Shown here in pieces: positions 18,217-27,510 of a DNA stretch of 64,000 bases (positions are counted from its first letter, which is position 1; each line of letters starts with the position of its first letter). The position numbers and the translations under genes are program-made. Source of the stretch: Gemmatimonadaceae bacterium (GTDB lineage Bacteria; Gemmatimonadota; Gemmatimonadetes; Gemmatimonadales; Gemmatimonadaceae); assembly GCA_036507855.1 (NCBI GenBank), contig DATCIJ010000073.1, positions 4,433-68,432 of the forward strand, in the 5' to 3' direction. The notes beneath the pieces were generated by a model. That model was not told the origin of the DNA. It saw nothing but the letters and a program-made list of their open reading frames with translations, and did no database searches.

Positions 18217-18676
18217 CGAGTCGATCGAGCAGGTCCGCCATCTCGAGCGCCGCCAGGGCCGCGTCCCAGCCCTTGTTCCCATGGTCGCCGCCGGCGCGGG
18301 CCACCGCTTGTTCCTTGGTATCGCATGTCAGGACTCCCAGCGACACCGGAGTCTCGAACTCCGCCGAAGCCTGTTGCAGGGACCGGGTGCACTCCCCGGC
18401 GACGTAGTCGAAGTGCGGCGTCTCACCGCGGATGACCGCGCCGAGGGCCACGACGGCATCGTACCGATCCATTGACAGGAGCCGCCTGACGGCGACTCCC
18501 AGCTCCCAGGCGCCTGGCACCCAGATCACGTCGATGTCATCCAGCGCGGCGCCGTGACGGGTGAGCGCGTCCAGTGCGCCATCCACCAGCTTCTGTGTCA
18601 CGTCCTCGTTGAACCGGCTCACGGCAACCGCCACCTTCCGCCCGGCCCCGTGCGGGGTCCCGCCGAATTCGGCCAT
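18197..18676 (-). CDS. ribH: 6,7-dimethyl-8-ribityllumazine synthase
   Basis: VAVAVSRFNEDVT...VPGAWELGV...GAVIRGETPHFDYV signature. Confidence 0.95.
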   Translation of the reverse strand: MAEFGGTPHGAGRKVAVAVSRFNEDVTQKLVDGALDALTRHGAALDDIDVIWVPGAWELGVAVRRLLSMDRYDAVVALGAVIRGETPHFDYVAGECTRSLQQASAEFETPVSLGVLTCDTKEQAVARAGGDHGNKGWDAALAALEMADLLDRLDAADST

Positions 18677-19885
18677 TCAGGTCGAGAGCAGGTGCCCGAG
18701 CTTGTCGCGCTTGGCGTCAAGGTACCCCGCGTTCTCTTCCGTGGTCGGCGCGGTCAGGTGCACCCGGCCCACGATCTCGAGTCCGTAGCCGCCGAGGCCA
18801 ACGAGCTTCTTCGGGTTGTTGGTGAGGACCCGGATCCGCCTAACGCCGAGGTCGAGGAGGATCTGCGCGCCGATGCCGTAGTTCCTGAGGTCGGGGGCGA
18901 AACCGAGCTTCTCGTTCGCCTCGACGGTGTCGTGCCCCGCGTCCTGCAGCGCGTAGGCCTTGATCTTGTTCAGCAGGCCAATGCCTCGCCCTTCCTGGTC
19001 GAGATAGACGATGACGCCCCGTCCCTCGGCGGCGATGGCCTCCATGGCCTTGTGCAACTGCCAGCCGCAGTCGCAGCGCCGTGAGTGGAACACATCACCC
19101 GTCAGGCACTTGGAGTGCATGCGCACGAGGACGCTGTCGCCGGCCGCGAGGTCGCCGTACGCAATGGCCACGTGCTCGTGGTCGTCGACATCGTTGCGAT
19201 ACGCGTAGACGCGCCAATCGGCGGAACCGAAGTCCGTGGGCAGTCGCGCCTCCGCCACGCGATGCACCAGCCGCTCCGTCGACAGGCGATGCGCGACCAG
19301 GTCGGCGACCGTGATGAACGTGAGCCGGTGCGTTGCGGCATAGGCGTCGAGCGCGTCGCGGCGCATGGGACGCCCGTCTTCGTCGAGAATCTCGCAGATC
19401 ACACCGGCGGGTGTGAGGCCGGCGAGGCGGCACAGGTCGACGGCCGCTTCGGTGTGGCCAACCCGTTGCAGAACACCCCCACCCCGCGCCCGCAGCGGAT
19501 GCACGTGACCAGGGGTCCGGATGTCCGCCGGCCCGTTGGAAGGATCGGCGGCGACTCGAAGGGTCGTGGCCCGGTCCGACGCGCTGATGCCCGTCGTCAC
19601 ACCGTACTTCGGTGCGGCGTCGATGCTCACCGTGAACGCCGTGCGCATGGCGTCGGTGTTCTCGCGTGCCTGGAGCGAGAGACCCAGGCTGCCCACTCGC
19701 GCCGGTTCGAGGGCCAGGCAGATCATGCCCTTGGCGCGGAGCATGACGTTGACCATGTCCGTCGTCACCAGCTCGGCAGCGCAGATGAGGTCACCCTCGT
19801 TCTCGCGGGACTCGTCGTCGGCCACGACGACGAACTTCCCCTCGCGGATGTCGCTGATTGCCTGGTCTACGGTGCCAAAAGCCAT
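18677..19885 (-). CDS. ribBA: bifunctional 3,4-dihydroxy-2-butanone-4-phosphate synthase / GTP cyclohydrolase II
   Basis: DDESRENEGDLI (DHBP synthase) and CLTGDVFHSRRCDCG...EGRGIGL (GCH II). Confidence 0.95.
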   Translation of the reverse strand: MAFGTVDQAISDIREGKFVVVADDESRENEGDLICAAELVTTDMVNVMLRAKGMICLALEPARVGSLGLSLQARENTDAMRTAFTVSIDAAPKYGVTTGISASDRATTLRVAADPSNGPADIRTPGHVHPLRARGGGVLQRVGHTEAAVDLCRLAGLTPAGVICEILDEDGRPMRRDALDAYAATHRLTFITVADLVAHRLSTERLVHRVAEARLPTDFGSADWRVYAYRNDVDDHEHVAIAYGDLAAGDSVLVRMHSKCLTGDVFHSRRCDCGWQLHKAMEAIAAEGRGVIVYLDQEGRGIGLLNKIKAYALQDAGHDTVEANEKLGFAPDLRNYGIGAQILLDLGVRRIRVLTNNPKKLVGLGGYGLEIVGRVHLTAPTTEENAGYLDAKRDKLGHLLST

Positions 19886-19947
19886 GCCTGAATCCTAGTT
19901 GAGGCCGACCCCTGGCAGCCAGCAGGTGAGGGCCTGTTGGAACGCCG

Positions 19948-20544
19948 TCAGGGGCCTTGATACGGCGTGAGCAGGGCCTGCACGTATTTCCCGATGACGT
20001 CGGCCTCCAGGTGCACGCGGTCTCCCGGCTGAAGCCGACCTAACGTCGTGTGGTGTTCCGTCCACTCGATGAGCGAAACCTGCACCGTCCCTGGAGAGGG
20101 CAAGTGGTTCACGGTCAGGCTGACGCCGTCGACCGTCAGGGATCCGTGAGGGACCAGCAGTCGCTCCACTTCGAGGGGTACGGCGATGTCCACCAGCAAG
20201 GCGCTGTCGCGGCGTTTCACCTCCCCTACGGTCCCCACCGCGTCGACGTGGCCTTGCACGAGGTGCCCCCCAAGGCGATCGCCAAGTTTCAGTGCCCTTT
20301 CGAGATTCACCGCGGTGCCCACCGCCCACGAGCCGATGGTAGTGCGATCCAGGGTCGTCGTGACGGCGGCGACGACGAACCAGCCAGCATCGGCCTCGCG
20401 CACGGTGAGGCAAGCGCCATTGAGCGCGATGCTCTCGCCCGCCTTCAGGTCGTTCCATGGACAACGCACGCGGAATTCGCGACCGGCATCCACGTCGGTC
20501 ACGCGGTCTATCTTCCCGATGGCTTCCACCAGTCCAGTGAACAT
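19948..20544 (-). CDS. ribE: riboflavin synthase alpha chain
   Basis: MFTGLVEAIGKI start and an internal duplicated barrel (GESIALNGACLTV / HGSLTVDGVSLTV). ATG 20544 overlaps the ribD TGA by 1 nt. Confidence 0.9.
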   Translation of the reverse strand: MFTGLVEAIGKIDRVTDVDAGREFRVRCPWNDLKAGESIALNGACLTVREADAGWFVVAAVTTTLDRTTIGSWAVGTAVNLERALKLGDRLGGHLVQGHVDAVGTVGEVKRRDSALLVDIAVPLEVERLLVPHGSLTVDGVSLTVNHLPSPGTVQVSLIEWTEHHTTLGRLQPGDRVHLEADVIGKYVQALLTPYQGP

Positions 20545-21677
20545 CAGTGGCCGCTCGGCGCCAGCACCAGCATGTGATCGTCCCCGATCCACTCGGAATA
20601 GAGAGGACGCCAGCGGCGCACATCGGCGGTCCCGCGGCCAGACAGCCGACCGAAGGCGGACAGCGCTCCCTCGCCAAGCAGGACTGGAGCCTGAAACAGG
20701 ACGACGCGATCGACCAGGTCCGCCTCCAGCAATGAAGCAGCCAGCGACGCTCCACCCTCCACGAGCAGCGAGTGCACGCCCCGGGCGCGAAGTATGCGCA
20801 GCGCCTCGAGCAACGATGCGGCGGTGATCACCTCGACGCCGAGGCCGCGCAGGTCGTGGTCATAGCTGGGATCCGGCATGTTGGCAAAGACAACCACCGG
20901 TCCCTCGTGCGTCCGCTGCGCCAGCTTTGAGGTGAGGGGCAATCGACCGGTGCGCGAAAAGATGACGCGAGTCGGCGCGACGCGCGGAGGATCCGCGTCA
21001 CGCACAGTGAGCAAGGGATCATCGGTGAGCACCGTACCCATTCCAACCCCCATCGCATCCGAACCCGCGCGCAGGTAGTGGACCCGCCGGCGCGCCTCCG
21101 GCCCGGTGATCCAACCCGGGCGGCGCGACGCATCGGCGATGGCTCCGTCCATGGATACCGCCAGTTTCAGGGTCACCCAGGGACGGTCGGACCCGAAGGA
21201 ATGCAGAAAAGGCGCGTTCAGCTCCGCCGCGGCTTCACTCAGCAGACCGACATCGACGCGAATGCCGGCGGCCCTGAGGCGCTCCACGCCGCCACCCGCT
21301 TCAGGATTGGGATCGCGAACCGCAACGACAACCCGTGAAAGCCCGGCGCCGACAATGGCGTCGACGCAGGGTGGCGTCTTTCCGTGGTGCGTGCACGGTT
21401 CCAGCGTCAGGTACAGGGAGGCGCTGCGGGCCCGGCCTCCGGCCGCGGCCAATGCCTCGATTTCGGCGTGCGCGCCCCCGAAGCGCCGATGTGCTCCCTC
21501 GCCGACCATGGCGTCGTTGTTCACCACGACGGCGCCAACGAGGGGGTTCGGAGCCACCTGTCCCCACCCCAACCGGGCCAGCGCCAGCGCGCGATCCATC
21601 CATTTCTCGTCCTGCGCCGAGAAGCCGGCCGTCGCGGCCGGCGCCGGATGGGCGCCGAGGACGGTGCGGCCCGGCAT
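20544..21677 (-). CDS. ribD: bifunctional riboflavin biosynthesis deaminase/reductase RibD
   Basis: HAEIEAL...PCTHHGKTPPC CMP/dCMP deaminase zinc motif plus a C-terminal RibD reductase domain. ATG 21677. Confidence 0.9.
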   Translation of the reverse strand: MPGRTVLGAHPAPAATAGFSAQDEKWMDRALALARLGWGQVAPNPLVGAVVVNNDAMVGEGAHRRFGGAHAEIEALAAAGGRARSASLYLTLEPCTHHGKTPPCVDAIVGAGLSRVVVAVRDPNPEAGGGVERLRAAGIRVDVGLLSEAAAELNAPFLHSFGSDRPWVTLKLAVSMDGAIADASRRPGWITGPEARRRVHYLRAGSDAMGVGMGTVLTDDPLLTVRDADPPRVAPTRVIFSRTGRLPLTSKLAQRTHEGPVVVFANMPDPSYDHDLRGLGVEVITAASLLEALRILRARGVHSLLVEGGASLAASLLEADLVDRVVLFQAPVLLGEGALSAFGRLSGRGTADVRRWRPLYSEWIGDDHMLVLAPSGH

Positions 21678-21680
21678 TGC

Positions 21681-22700
21681 CTAACGCCCGTCCAGTCGAA
21701 CGGCGCCCGATCCGGACACGACCTCACCAGCGTGCCACGCCTTCACGCCATGCCCAGTCGCGGAGGCGATCAGAGCCTCCGCGTCGGCCGGCGCGACCAG
21801 CGCCATCATGCCGACGCCCATGTTGAAGGCGCGGAACAACTCGTCCCGCGGCACGCCACCGGCCGCTCCCAGGCGCTCGAACACGTCAGGCACTCTCCAG
21901 CTGGCCGTCTGGACCACGGCGTCGAGCGACGGCGGCAGGGCGCGGTTGAGGTTGCCGGGGATGCCGCCGCCGGTGATGTGAGCCAGGGCGTGAACCCGCG
22001 TCAGGTGCGGCCGCAGGATAGCCAGGTACGATCGATGAACGCGCAACAGAACGTCGGCCACCGACTGCCCGCCTTCACCGGGAAACTCGTCGTCAACGCC
22101 GAGTCCCATGCGGTCCCGCACGATACGCCGCGCCAGCGAGAAGCCGTTTGTGTGCAAGCCGGTCGACTCGAACGCGATGACCGCGTCACCGGCGCGCACG
22201 CGCTCAGGCCCCAGCGCGGCCGATTCCTCGACCGAGCCGACGATGAATCCAGCCAGGTCGTAGTCCGGAGGGGTGTAGAGGCCGGGCAGCTCGGCCGTCT
22301 CTCCACCGATCAGTGCGCAGCCGTTCTCGCGGCACCCGGCCGCCACTCCGGTAACGACGGATTCGGCGACGGCCGGATCCAGCGCCCCGAACCCCACGTA
22401 ATCGAGGACGAAGAGGGGCTCGGCGCCCAGCGCGAGGATATCATTGACACAATGGTTCACGAGGCAGTGGCCGATCGTGTCATGCCGTCCCGCTTCGATT
22501 GCCACTTTGATCTTGGTCCCGACGCTATCGGCACTGGCGACCAGTAGCGGGCGATCGCCCACCGGCGCCCGGAACAGTCCCCCGAACGACCCGAATGCAC
22601 CGATTGCGCCTGCCGTGCGCGTCGACTCGACCAGCCGGCGATATCGTTCCTTGGCATCGTTGGCCACCTCGATGTCGACGCCCGCGGATTTGTAGTCCAT
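21681..22700 (-). CDS. purM: phosphoribosylformylglycinamidine cyclo-ligase (AIR synthetase)
   Basis: MDYKSAGVDIEVAN start and ADSVGTKIK motif. ATG 22700 confirmed. The 126-codon upstream extension of the track ORF is rejected. Confidence 0.95.
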   Translation of the reverse strand: MDYKSAGVDIEVANDAKERYRRLVESTRTAGAIGAFGSFGGLFRAPVGDRPLLVASADSVGTKIKVAIEAGRHDTIGHCLVNHCVNDILALGAEPLFVLDYVGFGALDPAVAESVVTGVAAGCRENGCALIGGETAELPGLYTPPDYDLAGFIVGSVEESAALGPERVRAGDAVIAFESTGLHTNGFSLARRIVRDRMGLGVDDEFPGEGGQSVADVLLRVHRSYLAILRPHLTRVHALAHITGGGIPGNLNRALPPSLDAVVQTASWRVPDVFERLGAAGGVPRDELFRAFNMGVGMMALVAPADAEALIASATGHGVKAWHAGEVVSGSGAVRLDGR

Positions 22701-22723
22701 CGATCCCGTCACTCGCGAGTCTG

Positions 22724-23644
22724 TCACTCGTCCAACTCCTCCTCGAACGCCACCAGCTTCCGGAACTCCTCGAGCCGGCGGGCGATGTCCACCCGGTGGA
22801 TCTCGAGCAGCCGGTCGATCGAGAACCGCTCCACGGCGAAGGAGCCTAACGTCGAGCCGTAGACCACGGCCCGGCGCATTGCCTGCTCGTCCGACCGCCC
22901 GGTCCGCGCGAGGTAACCCATGAAGCCGCCGGCGAAGGAATCGCCAGCGCCCGTGGGATCGAAGACCTCTTCCAGCGGATACGCTGGCGCGAAGAACACC
23001 GAGTTCCCGGAAAACATGTACGCACCGTGCTCGCCCTTCTTGATGACCACGTGCTTCGGTCCGCGCGCCAGGATCCATCGGGCCGCGCGGACCAGGTTGT
23101 ACTCTTCGGTGAGCTGCCTGGCTTCGCCATCGTTGACCAGCAGGATGTCCACGCGACCGAGCAGGCGCATCAGCTCGTTCCGCCGGCTCTCGATCCAGAA
23201 ATTCATGGTGTCGCAGGCCACCAGCCGCGGCTTCTCGACCTGGTCGAGCACATCGAGCTGGAGTCGCGGATCGATGTTCCCCAGGAAGACGTACGGAGAT
23301 TTCCGGAACTGCTCGGGAATCTGCGGGCGGAACTGGGAGAATACGCCCAGTCGCGTCTCCAGCGTCTCCGCGGCATTGAGGTCGTGGCGATAGCGACCCC
23401 GCCAGCGGAACGACTCACCGTCCGCGTGCATCAGCCCCGCCAGATCCACGCCCTTGGCGCGCAGCGGCTCCAGCTTCTCCATCGGGTAGTCGTTCCCGAC
23501 CACGCCGACGAGGTTCACCTTGGTCAGGTGCGACGCCGAGGCGGAGAAGAACGTTCCCGAACCCCCGATGGCGTCCTCGATCTTGCCGAAGGGCGTCTCG
23601 ACGGAATCGAGGGCGACGGATCCAACGACGAGGACAGCGGTCAT
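22724..23644 (-). CDS. PfkB-family carbohydrate/nucleoside kinase
   Basis: VVGSVALDSVETPFG N-terminus and DPTGAGDSFAGGF PfkB signature 2. ATG 23644. Confidence 0.8.
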   Translation of the reverse strand: MTAVLVVGSVALDSVETPFGKIEDAIGGSGTFFSASASHLTKVNLVGVVGNDYPMEKLEPLRAKGVDLAGLMHADGESFRWRGRYRHDLNAAETLETRLGVFSQFRPQIPEQFRKSPYVFLGNIDPRLQLDVLDQVEKPRLVACDTMNFWIESRRNELMRLLGRVDILLVNDGEARQLTEEYNLVRAARWILARGPKHVVIKKGEHGAYMFSGNSVFFAPAYPLEEVFDPTGAGDSFAGGFMGYLARTGRSDEQAMRRAVVYGSTLGSFAVERFSIDRLLEIHRVDIARRLEEFRKLVAFEEELDE

Positions 23645-23678
23645 GAGACGTGAGATGGGAGAGGTGAGACGTGAGAAC
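23645..23678. repeat. heptanucleotide tandem-repeat block (minus strand TTCTCAC GTCTCAC CTCTCCC ATCTCAC GTCTC) abutting the pfkB-family start codon
   Basis: Read directly. The block ends at the nucleotide before ATG 23644. Confidence 0.85.
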
Positions 23679-23730
23679 ACCTGCACGTCGATGGACTCGG
23701 GAATCTCATGGCAGATCGCGGTTGCAGTTC

Positions 23731-23766
23731 ATCTCGATTCTCCCATCTGCCATCTCATCTCTCGCT
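23731..23766. repeat. heptanucleotide repeat block, inverted partner of 23645-23678
   Basis: Plus strand ATCTCGATTCTCCCATCTGCCATCTCATCTCTCGC. GAGATGGGAGA / TCTCCCATCTC complementarity with the other block. Starts right after the argS stop. Confidence 0.8.
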
Positions 23767-25410
23767 TCACATGCGCTCCGGCGCCGAGATGCCGAGAATC
23801 GTCAGGCCATTGCGTAGCACGATCTGCGCAGCGCGCGCCAGAGCCAGCCTTGCCTCCCGAACGCCGTCAGGCGCCTCGAGTACCCTCACGCGATGATACC
23901 AGTTGTGAGCCAGCCGCGCGGTATCGAGCAGATACGCCGCCAGTCGCTGAGGCTCGCGGGCTTCGCTCGCTGACGCCACCAGTCTCGGGAAGTCCAGCAG
24001 CGCGGCCGAAAGGTTGCGTTCCGAATCTTCGCTGAGCGTGGAATAGTCCACGGCGTCACCGCGGATTGAAGCCGCGTCGATCGCGCCGACGCGGAAGATG
24101 CCGCTCATGCGCGCATGCGCCATCTGGATGTAATAGACCGGGTTCTCCTCGGACTGCGACCGCGCCAGGTCCACGTCGAAGGTCAGCGGCGTGTCCGCCT
24201 TGCGCATCAGGAGGAAGTAGCGCACGGCGTCACGGCCGACTTCGTCGACGAGGTCGCGCACGGTCACATAGCTCCCGGCGCGCTTGGAAATCTTCACTTC
24301 CTCGCCACCGCGCATCACCGTGACCATCTGGTGGAGCTGGTATTCCGGATATCCCTCCGGAATGCCGGCATCGAGCGCCTGAAGGCCGGCCCTGACGCGC
24401 ACCACCGTGCTGTGGTGATCGGCTCCCTGCACGTTGATCGCGTGACGGAAACCGCGACGCCACTTGGTGACATGGTACGCCACGTCAGGCACGAAATAGG
24501 TGTACGACCCGTCGGACTTCCGCATCACCCGATCCTTGTCGTCACCGAAGTCGGTCGTTCGCAGCCAGGTCGCCCCGCCTTCCTCGAACGTGTGGCCCGC
24601 GTCACCGAGCATCCTGACGGTCTCGTCGACGTTGCCGTCAGTGTACAGCGATGACTCCAGGAAGTAGACGTCGAAGTGGACGCCGAGCGCCTTGAGGTCG
24701 CGATCCTGTTCTTCGCGGAGCGCCTGCACCGCGAACGTGCGGACCTGTTCGAGCTGTTCGCCCTGGGCGTCGTCGGGATGCGCCTTGGCATACGCGGCGG
24801 CGATCTCGCGGATGTACTCCCCGTGATATCCGCCCTCCGGGATTTCCAGTCGGCCCGTCGCCTGCTCGATCAGCCGGGCGCGCACGGACAGGGCGAGGTT
24901 CTGGATCTGGCCGCCGCCGTCGTTGTAGTAGAACTCTCTCGTCACGGCCCAGCCGGTCCACTCGAGCAATGACGCAATCGCGTCCCCAAGCGCCGCCTGC
25001 CTGCCGTGGCCAACGTGGAGAGGACCCGTCGGATTCGCGGACACGAACTCCACGTTGAACGTGGCGCCCTTTCCCTCGTCGTGACGGCCATATGCCGCGC
25101 CAGCGACGATCAGGTCCGCAAGGCCCCCGGCCGCGGCGCCAGTTTCGAGCTTGAAGTTGATGAACCCTGCGCCGGCCACCGTCGCTTCGCGCACGCCGGC
25201 GCGCTGCACGTCCATGCTCCCGATCAAGTCCACCGCGATGTCGTGTGGCTTGCGCCGCAACGAGCGCGCGAGGGTCATCGCGAGATTCGTCGTCCAATCG
25301 CCAAACGAAGGATCTCGCGGACGCTCGACCACCGGATCAATCGGTTCGGGAGCGCCGAGTGTGCGTGCCGCGTGAATCAGGGCGTCGCGAATGATCGCGT
25401 CAGGCGTCAC
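23767..25410 (-). CDS. argS: arginyl-tRNA synthetase
   Basis: ANPTGPLHVGHGR (HIGH) and ISKRAGS (KMSK-like) motifs. Start placed at GTG 25410 (codon checked), overlapping the zinc-ribbon gene by 11 nt. The track start at 25470 is an alternative. Confidence 0.9.
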   Translation of the reverse strand: MTPDAIIRDALIHAARTLGAPEPIDPVVERPRDPSFGDWTTNLAMTLARSLRRKPHDIAVDLIGSMDVQRAGVREATVAGAGFINFKLETGAAAGGLADLIVAGAAYGRHDEGKGATFNVEFVSANPTGPLHVGHGRQAALGDAIASLLEWTGWAVTREFYYNDGGGQIQNLALSVRARLIEQATGRLEIPEGGYHGEYIREIAAAYAKAHPDDAQGEQLEQVRTFAVQALREEQDRDLKALGVHFDVYFLESSLYTDGNVDETVRMLGDAGHTFEEGGATWLRTTDFGDDKDRVMRKSDGSYTYFVPDVAYHVTKWRRGFRHAINVQGADHHSTVVRVRAGLQALDAGIPEGYPEYQLHQMVTVMRGGEEVKISKRAGSYVTVRDLVDEVGRDAVRYFLLMRKADTPLTFDVDLARSQSEENPVYYIQMAHARMSGIFRVGAIDAASIRGDAVDYSTLSEDSERNLSAALLDFPRLVASASEAREPQRLAAYLLDTARLAHNWYHRVRVLEAPDGVREARLALARAAQIVLRNGLTILGISAPERM

Positions 25411-25714
25411 TCGACCCTGATCCCTTCGATGGTTTCTTCTCGCCCGCCGGCTTGGCGCTGGATTCTCCACTCGACCCGCCGGCCTCGCCGCTGCTGCTGT
25501 CGGTCGCCTTTCGCTGGTGCTTCTTCCCGTCCTTGCCGTAGTCGGTGATGTAGAAGCCTGAGCCCTTGAAGAGCAGGGCTGAACCGCCGGACATCTTGCG
25601 CTCGGCCAGCGCCCCGCATTCCGGGCACTTCATCTGGCTTTCAGCCGAGCTGATGGTCCGGAAGAAATGCTCGAACGTGTGACCCTTCGGGCAGCGATAC
25701 TCGTACGTGGGCAT
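25400..25714 (-). CDS. FmdB-family zinc-ribbon protein
   Basis: MPTYEYRCPKGHTFE...CPECG...FKGSGFY hallmark, then a low-complexity Ser/Gly/Lys tail. Confidence 0.8.
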   Translation of the reverse strand: MPTYEYRCPKGHTFEHFFRTISSAESQMKCPECGALAERKMSGGSALLFKGSGFYITDYGKDGKKHQRKATDSSSGEAGGSSGESSAKPAGEKKPSKGSGSSDA

Positions 25715-25839
25715 GGTGACGAATAGGGCGGGACAACCACTGGACTTGAAAGTGCACGTTCCAAGTCATTACAAGTTAACGACTTGCTTCAGCATATCGG
25801 AAGCGGTTTAGAAAGAGGCTGGAGTTGATTCTCAGACGG

Positions 25840-27441
25840 TCAGGCAGGCTCGAAAGCTCCCCATTCCTGACCGAGGGCCTCAGCGACTTCACCAACCGTC
25901 GCGCGCGCGCGCGCAGCGTCGATTATGGCCGGCATGAGCGAGAGCCTGACGACCGTTTCCGCGTCATCTCGATACGTGCGCGCCCTGTTCCGAACGTCGG
26001 CCAGAGCGCTGGACAGCGTCGCGCCATCGCGCGCCGTTCGACGTTCGGAGAGCCGCGCGATCTGGTCGGATTCGAGACGGCCATAGTCGGGGCGCGGGAC
26101 AACCGGCGCCTCTTCAGCATCGGTGAACCGGTTCACGCCGACGATCGTCGTCTCTCCCGACTCCACACGCATCTGGTGGGCGTAGGCGCTCCTGGCGATC
26201 TCCTCGTGCAGGAACCCGTTCTCGATGGCGCGGGCCGCGCCTCCCAGCTCATCGATCCGCGCCATCAACGCCAGCGCGCCACGCTCCAGTTCATCCGTGA
26301 GCGCTTCGACGAAGTAGCTCCCTGCCAGCGGATCGACGGTGTTCGCGATACCCGACTCGTACGCCACCAGTTGTTGCGTCCGCAGCGCCAGGGTCGCGGC
26401 CTCGCGCGTGGGGAGCGAGAGCGCTTCGTCGTACCCGTTGGTATGGAGAGACTGCGTGCCGCCCAGGATGGCGGCCAGTGCCTGAATCGTGACGCGTACG
26501 ACGTTGTTGAGTGGCGACTGCGCCGTCAGCGTCACCCCGCCGGTCTGTGTATGAAACCGAAGCCGGCAGCTCGCGTCGGCGGCCCCGAAGCGATCCCGCA
26601 TGAGGCGTGCGTAGATCCGTCGCGCCGCGCGAAACTTCGCCGCCTCCTCGAAGAGATCGGTATGCGCGGCGAAGAAGAACGACAGCCGCGGCGCGAAGTC
26701 ATCCACGCGAAGGCCACCGTCGATCGCGCCACGCACGTATTCGATCGTGTTGGCGAGCGTGAACGCGAGCTCCTGCACCGCGGTGGCGCCCGCTTCCCGG
26801 ATATGGTAGCCGGAAATGGAGATCGGATTCCACTGAGGCACTTCTTCGGCGCAGAACCGGAACGTGTCCGTGATGAGTCGAAGGCTGGGCCCTGGCGGGT
26901 AGATGTAGGTGCCACGGGCCAGGTACTCCTTGAGGATGTCGTTCTGGATCGTGCCGGACAGTTTCGCGCGCGGAAAGCCGCGTTCCTCGGCGACCACGAT
27001 GTACATCGCCAGCAGCGTTGCCGCGGTGGCGTTGATGGTCATGGACGTGGACACGGAGTCGAGGGGTATCCCGTCAAGGAGCGTGTGCATGTCGTCGACC
27101 GTGTCGATCGCGACGCCAACACGCCCGACCTCTCCCGCGGCGCGCGGGGAGTCCGAGTCGATCCCCATTTGCGTGGGGAGGTCGAAGGCGACGGACAAAC
27201 CGGTCTGTCCGGCATCGAGCAGCTGGCGAAAGCGCGTGTTCGTTTCGGACGCTGTGCCAAAACCGGCGTACTGCCGCATGGTCCACAGGCGCCCGCGATA
27301 CATGCTGGCCTGGACGCCACGGGTGAACGGGAAGGTCCCGGGATCGCCTAACGCTTCGTCGTAGCTTCCCTGCCAGTCGTCCGGCCGGTACACGGGGGCC
27401 ACGGGGATCCCCGATGGAGTACGCTTTTCGCCCGAACTCAT
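25840..27441 (-). CDS. methylmalonyl-CoA mutase family, catalytic (large, TIM-barrel) subunit without fused B12-binding domain
   Basis: FPFTRGV...RQYAGFGTA...FDLPTQMG...[10 protein letters not shown] motifs. 533 aa ending before any DxHxxG cobalamin-binding domain. Confidence 0.9.
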   Translation of the reverse strand: MSSGEKRTPSGIPVAPVYRPDDWQGSYDEALGDPGTFPFTRGVQASMYRGRLWTMRQYAGFGTASETNTRFRQLLDAGQTGLSVAFDLPTQMGIDSDSPRAAGEVGRVGVAIDTVDDMHTLLDGIPLDSVSTSMTINATAATLLAMYIVVAEERGFPRAKLSGTIQNDILKEYLARGTYIYPPGPSLRLITDTFRFCAEEVPQWNPISISGYHIREAGATAVQELAFTLANTIEYVRGAIDGGLRVDDFAPRLSFFFAAHTDLFEEAAKFRAARRIYARLMRDRFGAADASCRLRFHTQTGGVTLTAQSPLNNVVRVTIQALAAILGGTQSLHTNGYDEALSLPTREAATLALRTQQLVAYESGIANTVDPLAGSYFVEALTDELERGALALMARIDELGGAARAIENGFLHEEIARSAYAHQMRVESGETTIVGVNRFTDAEEAPVVPRPDYGRLESDQIARLSERRTARDGATLSSALADVRNRARTYRDDAETVVRLSLMPAIIDAARARATVGEVAEALGQEWGAFEPA

Positions 27442-27471
27442 GCCGTCAAACCTAGCCCAGCACCCGCCGAG

Positions 27472-27510
27472 TCACGAAGCACGATTCACGAATCACGATT
27501 CACGAAGCAC
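27472..27510. repeat. heptanucleotide tandem repeat (TCACGAA/GCACGAT, about 5.5 units)
   Basis: TCACGAAGCACGATTCACGAATCACGATTCACGAAGCAC. Spans the fbp stop and the fbp-mutase spacer. Confidence 0.85.

Noticed and set aside
19886-19947. Possible fourth copy of the inverted-repeat arm (GTTGGAACG at about 19936 plus a CTAG at 19895) in the ribE-ribBA spacer.
   Set aside because: Only a 9-mer match. A 9-mer is expected by chance roughly once in this much sequence on two strands, and there is no matching second arm.
21678-21680. FMN (RFN) riboswitch expected upstream of the ribD-ribE-ribBA-ribH operon.
   Set aside because: The purM stop and the ribD ATG are separated by only 3 nt, and no RFN-like sequence occurs within purM 3' sequence that I could see.
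23645-23766. Heptamer repeat blocks (here and at 27472, 40502, 41163, 47196, 51897, 60106) as CRISPR arrays or minisatellite-type mobile elements.
   Set aside because: The units are 7 nt and contiguous, with no spacers, no cas genes, no terminal inverted repeats flanking a conserved body and no target-site duplications.
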